From Mytilus californianus (lineage: Eukaryota), in assembly GCF_021869535.1 (NCBI RefSeq), contig NW_026262582.1:57350001-57414000 (forward strand): a stretch of DNA of 64,000 bases. Reading direction: 5' to 3'. This document shows, in pieces, positions 41,090 through 53,594 of the stretch. How positions within the stretch are numbered: the first letter of the stretch is position 1; each line of letters begins with the position of its first letter. The translations under genes and the position numbers were made by a program. A model generated the notes under the pieces. It saw only the letters and a program-made list of their open reading frames with translations, was not told where the DNA came from and made no database searches.

Positions 41090-41695
41090 GATTTCCAATG
41101 AGATTACTCATGATCAACCTGAGACCATGAGAACATTTGAACCGGTTCAAAAGAGAAACCCTGATTTATACTAGAAACAATAAACGAATAACAAATATGG
41201 CAGCAAGCAACGAAAACCACTGAGTTATAATATATATACAGGCTCCTGGCTTGGCACCTAAAGAATGTGGCAGAGTTGTTTTAACATTCAATCTTCCCTA
41301 ACATGGGATAGGGGTAACAGCAGAACAAAAGACAAACTATAATAATCAGTTGGAAAAGGCTTGACTCATCAAAGCTACGCTTAGCAAAGAAAAAACCCAA
41401 CCATAAAGACAAAAAACACACAAAGTACATATATAAGAAAACTCAAAGTTACCAAAAGTTACTTTAAAGCCAATTCTAACTAATAGGTAAATCATCCCCC
41501 CACCAAACCCAATTCAAATATCAATCATAAAACTAGTGTACATTATTGTTTAGGGGCCAGCTGAAGTCCGCCTCCGGGTGCGGGATTTACTCGCTGTGTT
41601 GTAGACCCATTGGTGGCCTTGGGCTGTTTTCTGCTCTTTGGTCGGGTTGTTTCTCTTTATTTGCCACATTCCCCGTTTCCATTCTCACTTTTAAT
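41090..41695. mobile_element. Family C tail (-, 41090-41495) followed by family B tail end (+, 41535-41695)
   Basis: ggggccagctgaag...ccgggtgcggga...cattcccc.tttccattctca. Confidence 0.7.
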
Positions 41696-42689
41696 GTTGT
41701 TTTCATTGGTTGATACGAGATGATCGAAGTTGATAAAATGAATCTGCTGTGTTATTCATAACTTACAAATACCAATGGTACGTTTCTATTATATAGATTT
41801 ACGGTAACTATTGAATTGAATTATTCGAATCACTTAAGTTTTCTTCTTTTTTTTTTTGACAATTATATCAGACCTGTATAGTTGCACTTAAAACGATCAA
41901 AATATCGATATTCAACTTTGTTATAGTCAATTGGTTCTCTATTGTCGTTCTATCAACTTTTATTATTCCTTAATTCAAATTTTCTCTTTTATTCTTTTGT
42001 TGTTTGCATTACTCTTTTAATTCTGGTTCCTAGTAGAATGCAGTGACGATGCATTCTTACAAATATGAATCAATCAAAAACGGAAGTGAAATTATAAACA
42101 TGCAGAAATTGTGATGTATCTTTTTGTGTATGAATTGATCTTTTCAAGCGCCTTTATGTAGCTGAAAAAGAAGTTATTGATTGGCCAATAATACTGGGAT
42201 TCATAGAGCATATTAATTTGTTTTGTATAAGATGTTATGCACGTTATTGCGTCTCAATTGGTAACGTCAAAATAAGACGTTTTGAGCCGGTAATCGAAGA
42301 TATTTATTTTTGTCGGTAATTTTTTTCTGATCGATATGGATACTTCTAAGTCCTGAATATGCCTGAAATACTTCCAACTTCCTTAAATCTGAGATGAGCG
42401 AGGAAGCTCTCGATTTTGCTTTAATAAAAAAAGTGTGGGTGTTGTTTGTTTGTTTTGGTTTGTTTTGGTTTTTTGTTTTTTTTTTTTTTTTGGGGGGGGG
42501 GGGGGGGGAGGGTGGTTGATAAGTGAAAGGGTCTTACATAAAAAGTTAGATATAGAAGAAAAAATAATTGTATTCATCCAATATGTTTCACAAGTTTTGA
42601 AAATAAACATCTGAGTTTTTATCCTCTCGTAATACAGCCCTTTCACAACCTTAGAAAGTCGGCTAAACGTACAACCCCAGTCATCTAAA

Positions 42690-43690
42690 ATATTTTTTAT
42701 ATTATGAAGCCGTTTTTTATATATTCCACTCTGTGGATTCTGGCAATTTTCCTGAGCAAAATCAAGAAGGTCACTTGCCGTCTGAATTTTAGTTTTACCC
42801 CCGGAGCACGGCGTAGTCCGCTTATTCTTTAGAAAACCACCATCAGCATCGTGTGGGCCTTTGCCATGCGAGGTTTCAAAATAGTTTCTAATTAAAACGT
42901 CATATCCTAGATCGGACCTACGTTTACAAACATCGCCCATACAGTTTCGGCTTTTTACTGAGCACTGCAACCGTCGGTAAATTCGTGCATAATCTTTATT
43001 TCAGAAGATATCGATTTCAAATATTTCGAAATGGCGGTTTGAACATATCCCGTATAGTGCTGGTCATGATCCAAGTATGGACTAATGACAAAAAACTGTT
43101 CATTACTAACTATTACCGGTCAATCTAATGTGATGTCGATCCCGTCGACCTCTAAAATAGCATGCCTATTTAAAATTGTAACATGTATGCTAACCTCTGT
43201 TCTCTGAAAGTATAATGATTGGATTTCAGTCCGGTCGGAACATCGATAGTTCTCAGAAAAATCGTGAATACAAACCGCGTGATTGGTTGGAAGATTTTGA
43301 GCAATATTTCTATATTGTTCACTTTGCCATTTATCTTTATTTTAATGAGCCGGAAAGGTTGCAAGTAGTGATTTGAAATGGTTAAACATTTCGCCAGGTT
43401 TTATTATTTTTTTACTGACTAACATAAGTTTCGTTCTTATTTTTCTGCCTTTTAAGTTAATTTTAGTGTATTCAAATTTATCCCATTTGATGTCGCAAGC
43501 ATTTTTAGATGTGTCTAGTTCTTTGTCGTGAAAGTACAATTTTCGACTCCACATTCTTTGCAACTTTGCATACGGTGCAGTCTTATCACATAAAGTTTCA
43601 TCACATATGTCATTCAAATGTTCAATAACTGGTAAGTTCTCTTAGTTCAAGTCTAGATTACTTGCATGCAATTTTTTCCAAAAGAATTCG
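42690..43690 (-). pseudogene. DDD-type cut-and-paste transposase relic (Sola-like; superfamily tentative)
   Basis: Across frames: CIHDFSENYRC..EIQSLYFQ, MHEFTDGCSAQ.KSRNCMGD, NYFETSHGKGPHDADGGFLK. Confidence 0.75.
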
Positions 43691-45566
43691 GACCTCTATA
43701 TGCTGCCAAAGCGAGTCTAAAATAATGTATTTTCAAATTTTTCTTAAAAAGTTCGATGGAATATTCATGTCTTAGATTGCTACGAAGATTGTTCCAGAGG
43801 CTCGCAGTAGCTTGGTCGAAACTTCTTTCTCCTTAAATTTTGGTTCGTACACAAGGTTGTATTAGTCACATTGCATTTTCCGATCTAAGAGATCTTGATG
43901 GTTGATAGGCGCTAATAAGTTCCTCAAGATAGACAGGCGCTAGGCCATGTAGGATTTTGAAAGTATATAAAAGCAGTTTATATTGTATTCGGTACTGCAC
44001 CAGGATCCAATGAAGTGACACAAGAACTGGTGTAATATGATGGTGTTTCTTGGTACATGTAACGAGCCTAGCTGCCGTATTCTGTACTCGCTGTAACTTA
44101 TTGACTAAACTAGCATTTAGTTCATGTAGCAGAGCGTTTCCGTAGTCTAGACGTGACGTGACAAACGAACAGACTAAAGTTTTACAGGCATCCTCAGTGA
44201 TATATTGCCGAATTCGACCAATGTTCCGAATTTTGATGTAGCACGACTTCGCGACAGCATTGACTTGCTTTTCCATGCTCAATGTCCTATCAAAATAAAC
44301 ACCAAAGTTTTTGACCACAGATGCATTGCTAACTATTGATCCATCAAATGACAGATGACAATTCGAAAATTCCTTCACACGAGTTTTTGGTGTAAATTAT
44401 ATCAGTTCCGTTTTGTCTTGGTTCAGTTTCAGCATGTTTAAGCACATCCATTTACTAATGTCAGCTAAACAAGTCTCTAGACTTGTGTAGATATGTTGTC
44501 CCAATTATCGAGTGGTTTGATAACTAGGTAGACTTGAGTGTCATCAGCATATCTATGATAGTTAAAGTTGTGACGCCGACATATTTCACTGATCGGATTT
44601 GTAAAAATACAATACAAGCGGGGGTCCCAAGACCGAACCTTGCGGAACGCCATATTTAATGTTTATTACATCTGACAATATGGAACCAATTGCAACACGT
44701 TGAGTTCGACTATCAAGATAGGATCTCATCCACGACAGCGCTGATCCAGTTATGCTGTAAGAGTATTCTAACCGATTGATCAGGATGGGATGGTCGATAG
44801 TGTCGAATGCAGCGGATAGATCCAGCATAACAAGTACCGCACAACAGTTATTATCGAGTGCCAATGCTATATCATGGTGGACCCTTAGTAGAGCTGTTTC
44901 TGTTGAATTACAAGCACGATATGCTGACTGCATGTTGTCGAAAAGTGAGTTTGCTTCAAGATGCTGTTCGAACCGAGTTTCACTCACCTTTTCTAGGATC
45001 TTTGACGTAAAAGGCAAGTTCGAAACGGGACGATAGTTTTTTTTATCTCATCAACGTCAAGACCAGGTTTTTTTTCAACAAAGGTCTTAAAATTGCCCTT
45101 ATAAAATGCTGGAACATGCGATTCTGCCATTGAAGTGTTTACTATCTTGGTTATGATATGTGGTAAGCTGTCGAGGCATGATTTTAAGAGGTAAGTAGGA
45201 ATTGGGTCGAGTTCGCATGACTTTACCGGAGCTCTCTTGGTTATCTTTCGTACTTGTGACGAACATGTGACGCTGGTGAAAGCAAAGTTAGCGGATTTCC
45301 AACGAATTTTACATCGGCTTTAAGGGCATCATCAATTTCTGTTAATGGGTTGTTCGATTTACTCAGATTGTTCCGAATTGTGTCTATTTTTCCAACGAAG
45401 AATTCACCAAATCTATTGGATAATGCATGTTCGTTCTAATGTGATGGTAATATAGTTTCTGCTTTATTTCCCATGAGATTGTTCGTAAGTTTATGCAGTT
45501 GTTTTTGGTCGTTTCCAATTTCTAGTTTTTTGTTAGAAAAGTACTCATTTTTACATTTCAAGAGAA

Positions 45567-46607
45567 TAAAATTGAGAATGGAAATGGGGAATATGTCAAA
45601 GAGACAACAACCCGACCAAAGAGCAGATAACAGCCGAAGGCCACCAATGGGTCTTCAATGGAGCGAGAAAATCCCGCACCCGGAGATGTGCCTCAGCTGG
45701 CCCCTAAATAAAAATGTGTACTAGTTCAGTGAAAATGGACGGCATACTCCAAAACATATAAATGAACTAAAATTAAAAACATACAAGACTAACAAAGGCC
45801 AGAGGCTCCTTCCTTTGGGACAGGCGCAAAAATGCGGCGGGGTTAAACATGTTTTGTGAGATCTCAACCCTATTCCCCTATATCCCAATATAGAATAAAG
45901 AAACACACAGCAATACGCACAGTAAAACTCAGTTTAAAAGAAGTCCGAGTCCGATGTCAGAATAGGTAACAAAAGAAACTAAGGAAAATGACAATGATAC
46001 ATAAATAAACAAAGGACTACTAGCAGTTACTGACATGCCAGCTCCAGACCTCAATTAAACTGATTGAAAGATTATGTCTTCATCATATGAAAATCAAGCA
46101 CAATCCCTCCCGTTAGGGGTTTAGTATCATACCATCAGAAAATATATGAGAAGAACATAACCCGTATCATGCCAACAATAGGTTTTAGAATAAATGTGTT
46201 TATTTCCGATGCAAAGACCCTATTAGTGAATCAATATTAGTACCAAAATATGCCATTCTTAGTGACTTGACAACAGTATTGTAACTATATCCCTTCTGAA
46301 TAAGTCTGTTTAAAGGTTCGGTTAGCTTTTGAGGTACATGCCGACATTTTTGTGCTTTGTAAAGAATATTACCATAAAAGATTGGATGTGAAATACCTGA
46401 ACGTTTAAGATGTCTTCATGTTGATTTATATTTACGAATGATGTCCTTGTACCGATGATAAAATTTAGTAAATGTTTTGACAAGTTTGGGATATCGAAAA
46501 CCCTGGTGTAATAATTTTTCAGTAATACAGAGTTTTCTTTCGCTAAAATCAAATACGTTGTTACATACACGAGCGATTCGAACAAGTTGAGATATATAAA
46601 CACCATA
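45567..46607 (-). mobile_element. 5'-truncated Penelope family B (RT thumb, in-frame UGA, SECIS-like hairpin, tail) with 4-bp TSD agaa
   Basis: 135 codons from YGVYISQLVR to SLHRK*, whose only internal stop is TGA at 46416-46418; TSD at 45563-45566 and 46608-46611. Confidence 0.9.
46084..46148 (-). promoter_or_regulatory. Type II SECIS-like element
   Basis: CAUAU..c-UGAU-GGUAUGAU-acu-AAA-CCC(cuaac)GGG-aggg-AUUGUGCU-UGAU-uuuc-AUAUG: UGAU/UGAU quartet, helix II, AAA and apical mini-stem; the conserved A before UGA is C in this copy. Confidence 0.7.
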
Positions 46608-46999
46608 AGAAGGATGTTTGATTGTACACTTTTGTCCCTATAAATCTGCTTGTGCACCTCTAAATTTGTTTTACGCATTTGTCTCTCAGCTTTTCGGCGT
46701 TCTCTTTTTGCTTCATGCAATTCATCGGTATACCACTGCGTGTTAGGTCTTAGCAAAATGTCTTTTGTTTGCAATGGAGCATGTTTATCAATGATAGTTT
46801 GAACTTCAGAGTTAACTCTTTAACAAGTTCATCTGATGATTCCTCCGGATTACAAAGAACGGCAGAATTTTTCAAGTCAGTGATGAGATCTTTGACTGCT
46901 ATATCAGGATATTTCCGAAATGTCACTGTTTTGCGCTGTTTTTGAGGTTTAGAGATGTTAAGTTGTGAAGAAATTGCCAGATAATCGCCAGAGGGTTTG

Positions 47000-49900
47000 C
47001 CGAGGAAAAGAGGAAATTCCTTCCTGTTTACTTTACCAATAGAGGAATTGATGCAATCAACATCAGCAACGTTCTACATTACAAGGAGGTAACATCTAAA
47101 ATTCCTATTTATTTTCAAAATCAGTCTGTCCCTATTGTATCCTACAGTTACACCAAAACCACTGCACCCAAAATATTTAACTATTAACAAGTATTACAGG
47201 ACCATGATTCAGAACAATACCTAAAACACCCTCTGACATGTGACTGTTCCCACTCGCCTTACAATTACAGCACCTCTGGCCATGTTATTACTGGGGATCT
47301 AAACATAATTCAAGATGAAAATCTCCGAAAGGTGATTTCTCATGGTCCTAAGATTAGAGAACCACAACACATCAATTGGAACCATAACTTCAAAATAATT
47401 ATGGATGCTATTGGGGACTTCGCCAGAGCATGGGCTAAACGAAAAGAAGTTGAACTGGACATTTTGTCAGAATGGGTCAAAACAATCAGGTCTCTGATAA
47501 AAACGTCGCTTTCATAAGTTGAAAAACTGTGTGAATGATCGACCAAAGTCCGTTTTCAGAGACAAAGAGGCTGTGAAATGTCTATTATTTCTTCATGATA
47601 AGTATGTTGTTGTTCCTGCGGACAAAGTTTCAAATAATATTGTCTTTGAATGTAAATCGTATTACTACGAGTGTCTTGTAAAAGAATTAGGAATAAATGG
47701 GAACTCAGGTAATCACAAATACAAAAAAAACATATCATTTAACAAGGATGAGATTTTGGCGAATCATAAGTCCTTCATGGCTTCAATGAACATTGCATTG
47801 AACAACAAATCGGAGGACTTACCTTGTTTGTATTGGATACCTAAACTTCACAAAATTCTGTACAAACAACGGTACATTGCCGGCTCATCTGCATGTTCCA
47901 CTAAAGAATTGTCCATTATATTGACTAAAATTCTGTCCGCAGTGAAAGAGGGTCTTCAGAAACACTGTGAAACTGTTTACTCGCGTAGTGGTATTAACCA
48001 TATGTGGATTCTTAAAAACTCTAAAGAACTTCTGGATAATTTAAATCTCGCTCTTTTTCTGAAATTAGTTCTATCAAAACTTTTGATTTTTCAACCTTGT
48101 ACACCACCAATCCCCATGTGAAATTGAAAAACCGTCTAAAAGAAATAATCCACAATTCTTTTCAACATAAAAATGGTAGCATACGCTATAAATTTATTAC
48201 TTTGGGCTACCATAAGGCATATTTTGTTAATAGTGAACAAAAGGGTAAAACATGCTACACAGAGGAACAAGTGATCAGTATGCTGGAGTTTCTTATTGAC
48301 AACATATTTGTTGAATTTGGAGGTAGACTTTTTCAACAAATTGTCGGCATTCCTATGGGAACGAACTGTGCGCCTCTCCTTGCCGATCTCTTTTTATTTT
48401 CATATGAATCGGAGTTCCTTCAGACACTTGACAAAAACAAGAAGATCAAAGAAGCCAGGTTATTCAATTTCACTTTCAGATATATTGATGATGTTCTTTC
48501 CATTAACAATCCGAACTTTTCTGATTGGGTTTCATTAATATATCCCCCAGAACTAGAAATTAAAGAAACAACAGACACGGCTTCATCCGCCTCATTTTTA
48601 GACTTATACCTCGAATTTGACATACACAGTCATCTCAGTACCAGAATCTATGACAAACGAGACGATTTTAATTTTGAAATTATCAATTTTCCCCACCTTA
48701 GTAGCAATATACCAACTTCACCTGCATATGGAATATACATTTCCCAACTTATTCGGTATTCAAGAACATGCAGCTCCTACTCAGACTTTGTAAAACGTCA
48801 CCAGTGTCTAAGCAGAAAGTTGATGAACCAGGGGTATGTCAAAGAACGTCTCGTCCTTTTTCTAAAAAAAGTTCATCGGAAGGTACCAAGACCTTGTTGA
48901 TAAATATTCCGTATCAACTGACGTTGTTTATCATCTTAATAACGTGTTATAGTATTCTTTTATTTGTCTTTATTAATATTATTTTTACTGTTAAGTCTGT
49001 TTTTTGTGATATCCATCTGACGTGACTCTGTACTTATGTACCCCGTCATAATTTGAACGACAAAATTATTTAATTTTATTAATATTACTTTTACTGTTAA
49101 GTCTGTTTTTTGTGATATCCATTTGACGTGACTCTGTACTTATGTATCCCGTCATACTTTGAACGACAAAAAGTTAAATCACAAAAATACTGAACTCCGA
49201 GGAAAATTCAAAACGGTAAGTCCCTAATCAAATGGCAAAATCAAAAGCACAAACACATCAAACGCATGGACAACAACTGTCATATTCCTAACTTGGTACA
49301 GGCATTTTCTTATGTAGAAAATGGTGGATTGAACCTGGTTTTATAGCGCTATACCTCTCACGTGTATGACAGTCGTATCAAATTCCATTATATTGACAAC
49401 GATGCGTGAATAAAACAAACAGACATAATAGGTAAAAATGTCAAAATAGGGGTACAGCAGTCAACACCGTGTCACAATCTTAATCACAATAAAAACAAAC
49501 AAATATTTATCAAAGAAGCACAAAAACGCATATATCACATTTAACAACCTCGTTCATTGCTTACTTATTTTTGTATTTTATTTATGTATTATTTTATATC
49601 TACCTGTGTGACGTCAAACGCGCGATTCTACGCCAGTACTTAAAACCTTCCATCCTTTATGGGTGGATTTTACATAGATTAATAAAATCGTATAATAAAA
49701 AAGCAAAATGAGGATGTTAAATTTGATGTATGCCTTTTTGTGCTTCTTTGATACATTTGTCTGTTTTTATAGTGATTAAGATGATACCACAATGTTGACT
49801 GCTGTACCCCTATTTTTGACAATATAATGGAATTTGATGTGACTGTTATACAAGTGAGAGATTTAGCTAGCTATAAAACCGGGTTCAATTCACCATTTTC

Positions 49901-50049
49901 TACATAGGAAAATGCCTGTACCAAATCAGGAATATGACAGTTGTTATCCATTCGTTTGATGTGTTTGAGCTTTTAATTTTGCCATTTGATTAGGGACTTT
50001 CCTTTTTGAATTTTCCTCGGAGTTCAGTATTTTTGTGATTTTACTTTTT
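47000..50049 (+). mobile_element. Penelope family A, copy A2: long 5'-truncated ORF plus inverted/direct tail pair
   Basis: RGIDAINISN..TCDCSHSPY..GHVITGDL..GPKIREP, PADKVSNN, LYWIPKLHK, GIPMGTNCAP, FRYIDD; few stops or frameshifts; tails at 49168-49505 (inverted) and 49735-50049. Confidence 0.92.
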
Positions 50050-50251
50050 GTTATCACAGAGATGTGGGTCCTGAATTGATGGCGTATAACTCAAAATAGA
50101 ACTGTTTTCTCTCTAGGTAAGAACGGTAAGACATTCTGAATGTGATCATGGAAGTTGGTGTTACCATGTTAGCGGCATCAAATTACCATTAATTGTGTTT
50201 ACCCTTATTTTTTATTGATCATTCAAATGTGAGGTTGATTCTTTAAATATG

Positions 50252-51005
50252 TTTAGTTCATTTATATGTTTTGGAGTTTAGTGTGACGTCCATTTTCACG
50301 GAACTAGTACACAATTTTATTTAGGGCCAGCTGAGGACCACCTCCGGGTGCGGGTTTTTCTCGCTGCGTTGAAGACCCATTGGCATCCTTCGGCTGTTTT
50401 CTGCTCTTTGGTCGGGTTGTTTTCTCTTTGACACATTCCCCATATGTTTAACCCCGCCGCATTTTTGCGCCTGTCCCAAGTCAGGAGCGTCTGGCCTTTG
50501 TTAGTCTTGTATGTTTTTTAATTTTAGTTCATTTATATGTTTTGGAGTTTAGTGTGACGTCCATTTTCACGGAACTAGTACACAATTTTATTTAGGGGCA
50601 GCTGAGGACCACCTCCGGGTGCGGGTTTTTCTCGCTGCGTTGAAGACCCATTGGCATCCTTCGGCTGTTTTCTGCTCTTTGGTCGGGTTGTTTTCTCTTT
50701 GACACATTCCCCATATGTTTAACCCCGCCGCATTTTTGCGCCTGTCCCAAGTCAGGAGCGTCTGGCCTTTGTTAGTCTTGTATGTTTTTTTAATTTTAGT
50801 TCATTTATATGTTTTGGAGTTTAGTGTGACGTCCATTTTCACGGAACTAGTACACAATTTTATTTAGGGGCAGCTGAGGACCACCTCCGGGTGCGGGTTT
50901 TTCTCGCTGCGTTGAAGACCCATTGGCATCCTTCGGCTGTTTTCTGCTCTTTGGTCGGGTTGTTTTCTCTTTGACACATTCCCCATTTCCATTCTCAATT
51001 TTATT
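50252..51005 (+). repeat. Head-to-tail array (~2.75 x 271-272 bp) of the family B tail
   Basis: Units start at 50252, 50523 and 50795 and are near-identical. Confidence 0.95.
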
Positions 51006-51859
51006 TCTTTTGACATCAAAAATTATTAATGAATTCCATGAATTATGATACTGGTAATTCAAATGAAAAAAATATCTGACTTTTCTAATTAGGGTTCAGA
51101 AGAATGGAGAAAACAACTATTGTTAAAAAGATTATTGTTGATTCAATTACTCAATAGAAAAATTTAATCACGGTGAAAATTAAATATTTATTGAAGGAAT
51201 TCCGGGAACGTCAATTTCATTAAACCGCGTGAAAAGTTTCTAATTAATGTTTAGAAAATGTTTTATAGGATTACTTTTGCTGTTAAGAATCTTTCCACTT
51301 ATTACGTATATTATACGGATTTCATAAAACTTCATCTAAAAAACGTTAATGAGCAATTTAAAATTATGGATCGAGTTTGGAAGATATTATAAAGGAAAAG
51401 TTCGCAACGGGCCTCGTGAGATAAATGTGTATTGTAATATTCGATAACCAACAGACCCTAGGGAATGATATGCTCTTGTGCTGTTGTGTAAGTTTTAGGA
51501 CTGGGATTGATATGAGATGTGCCATATAAACTTCCTTATGACATTCTTTTAGTATATCCCCAAAAATGTTTATCGTTCTTTTTCGTTTTTAACACATCAT
51601 ATTTCAGAGCTTTAGGAGTAAGTCGGAACGGCAATGTATGACAAACTGTTTACTGGCAACAATGAATCCACGTTAATCACAGAAAACATTGTGTATGAAA
51701 ATACCTTTCCATGTTCCTTATCTAATATAAAGGAGAACTAAGTGTTATTGAACTTTTCACAACTCGTTACCATGGTAACAATAAATGAATGTTATTGTCC
51801 GTATTTGATTATCGGCTCTTCTGGTCATACGAACACATTAACGGACATATAATACATAT

Positions 51860-52902
51860 ATAATGTCTGAAGTGACGTTTTGGATTTCAATGAACGTAAT
51901 CTATGTATTACTGGTAAACTACAAAGTCAAGAATTTAGATTCCACAAATCACTTTAAAACATTTACTTAATTCTTTCGTAGATACAAAGATCTGCTTTGG
52001 AAGTTTGGCTGTACCTGTAGAATCTTTTTACAAACGGGAAAGCATATCCTGACCTTTACGGTGATGTTGTTTACCGAGCCCGTAAATTTAAATACGATCC
52101 GTGTAAACTTGTTGATCCTTTAGATAAACTTGTTCTAAATGGATACCAATGCAACACTGTAATTAGATCTTTTATATAGTTTTATCGGTATAAATAGTGA
52201 TTTTATCATCAATAGATTAAACCCAACTAAATATTATTGTTATACACGTTATGTACATTCACGGTTATACAATCTGTCGATACCGTGTGTTGTGTTTTTT
52301 TTTTTGGCATTGCACAAGGTCCTGTTTTTCTCCGACTGTTAATGACGTCTATACACTAAATCCATTGGATGTTGGATGTGTACTGTTACCTATTCTGACA
52401 TCGGACTCGGACTTCTTTTAAACTGAGTTTTACTGTGCGTATTACTATGTGTTTCTTTATTATACATTGGCTAGAGGTATTAGGGGGTGAGATCTCACAA
52501 AATATGTTTAACCCCGCCGCATTTTTGCGCCTGTCCCAAGTCAGGAGCCTCTGGCCTTTGTTAGTCTTGTATGTTTTTTAATTTTAGTTCATTTATATGT
52601 TTTGGAGTTTAGTGTGACGTCCATTTTCACGGAATTAGTACACAATTTTATTTAGGGGCCAGCTGAGGACCACCTCCGGGTGCGGGATTTTCTCGCTGCG
52701 TTGAAGACCCATTGGCATCCTTCGGCTGTTGTCTGTTCTTTGGTCGGGTTGTTGTCTCTATGACATATTCCCCATTTCCATTCTCAATTTTATGATAGAT
52801 ATTTTAGTCTTAATTGTTGTTATTGGTTTTGAACTAGCTTTCAGTAACTGGGAGTACTCTCAGATCTGTACTTTTTATGCTCTGTATTGATCTGATGAGT
52901 AA
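51860..52902 (+). mobile_element. Penelope family C RT thumb plus 3'UTR, interrupted by a family B tail (52386-52793)
   Basis: DFNERNLCITGKL..RRYKDLLWKFGCTCRI..YGDVVYRARKFKYDPCKL; the C tail resumes at about 52794. Confidence 0.85.
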
Positions 52903-53054
52903 GAAACGTGTCAGACCGACTGTAAACCTATAGATATCGTTTGACTTTTTTCCTTGTGGTGTTGCTGTCTTATTGTATCATTCGTATTTTCAAAATAGGA
53001 AATTATTACATGCATTTATTGAAGAAAAGCATGTAAGTAATAAAAAAAAAGACA

Positions 53055-53192
53055 AGTGGCCAAGTTTGGTTAAATTTGGCCCAGTATATTCAGAGGAGAC
53101 GATTTTTGTAAAAGTTAACGACGACGGACGACGGACGCCGGACGCCAAGTGACGAGAAAATCTCACTTTACCTTTTAGGCCAGGTGAGCTAC
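53055..53192 (-). mobile_element. HINE-like terminal fragment
   Basis: Reverse complement of 15654-15790, with a gacg microsatellite and caggtgagct. Confidence 0.85.
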
Positions 53193-53594
53193 AAAGGAAG
53201 AAACGGTCTTGAAACGGTCTTTAAATTAAATTGTCAAGGAAAAAACAATGTAGTGTGAAATCAAACTGTTTACAATATATTGAAATGGTATACGAGCAAG
53301 ATAAGTATAGTCAGAGTATAGGGGTATCAATGGTATTACTTTGATGAAGCTTGTGTTGCAAGTTGGTAGAATATATAAATTAAACTTTGTGTACCTAATT
53401 TTCAAGGCAATATATATTATCTTACCTTACCTCTGTATCTTTGACTCCCTTTGTAGTGGAACCATACATTTGTATGTAGAACTTGTGATCTGCATTTATT
53501 TATGTACAGTGATGCCTCCATCAGTTATGAATATGTTGTAGTGCTCTATATATACAGTGTATATATTATGTCTGGTTCAAAAAGAATGTAATGG

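Larger units (their letters stand above)
43700..46990 (-). mobile_element. 5'-truncated L2/CR1-group LINE ORF2 (RT), split by the 45567-46607 insert
   Basis: QWYTDELHEAKRERRKAER, DLSAAFDTIDH, GVPQGSVLGP, YADDTQVY, SRLDYGNALL, LQRVQNTAARLV, GERSF..LWNNL. Confidence 0.9.

Noticed and set aside
50252-51005. CRISPR-like array
   Set aside because: Contiguous tandem units with no unique spacers, in a eukaryotic context with no cas genes.
52660-52725. HDV-like ribozyme in the family B tail (TTCTCGCT resembles loop L3)
   Set aside because: P3 and the P1/P2 pseudoknot could not be closed by eye.
52886-52920. ctgatgagtaagaaacgtgtc as a hammerhead
   Set aside because: Stems I and II cannot form; CTGATGAG is part of the family C tail and GAAAC comes from flanking DNA.
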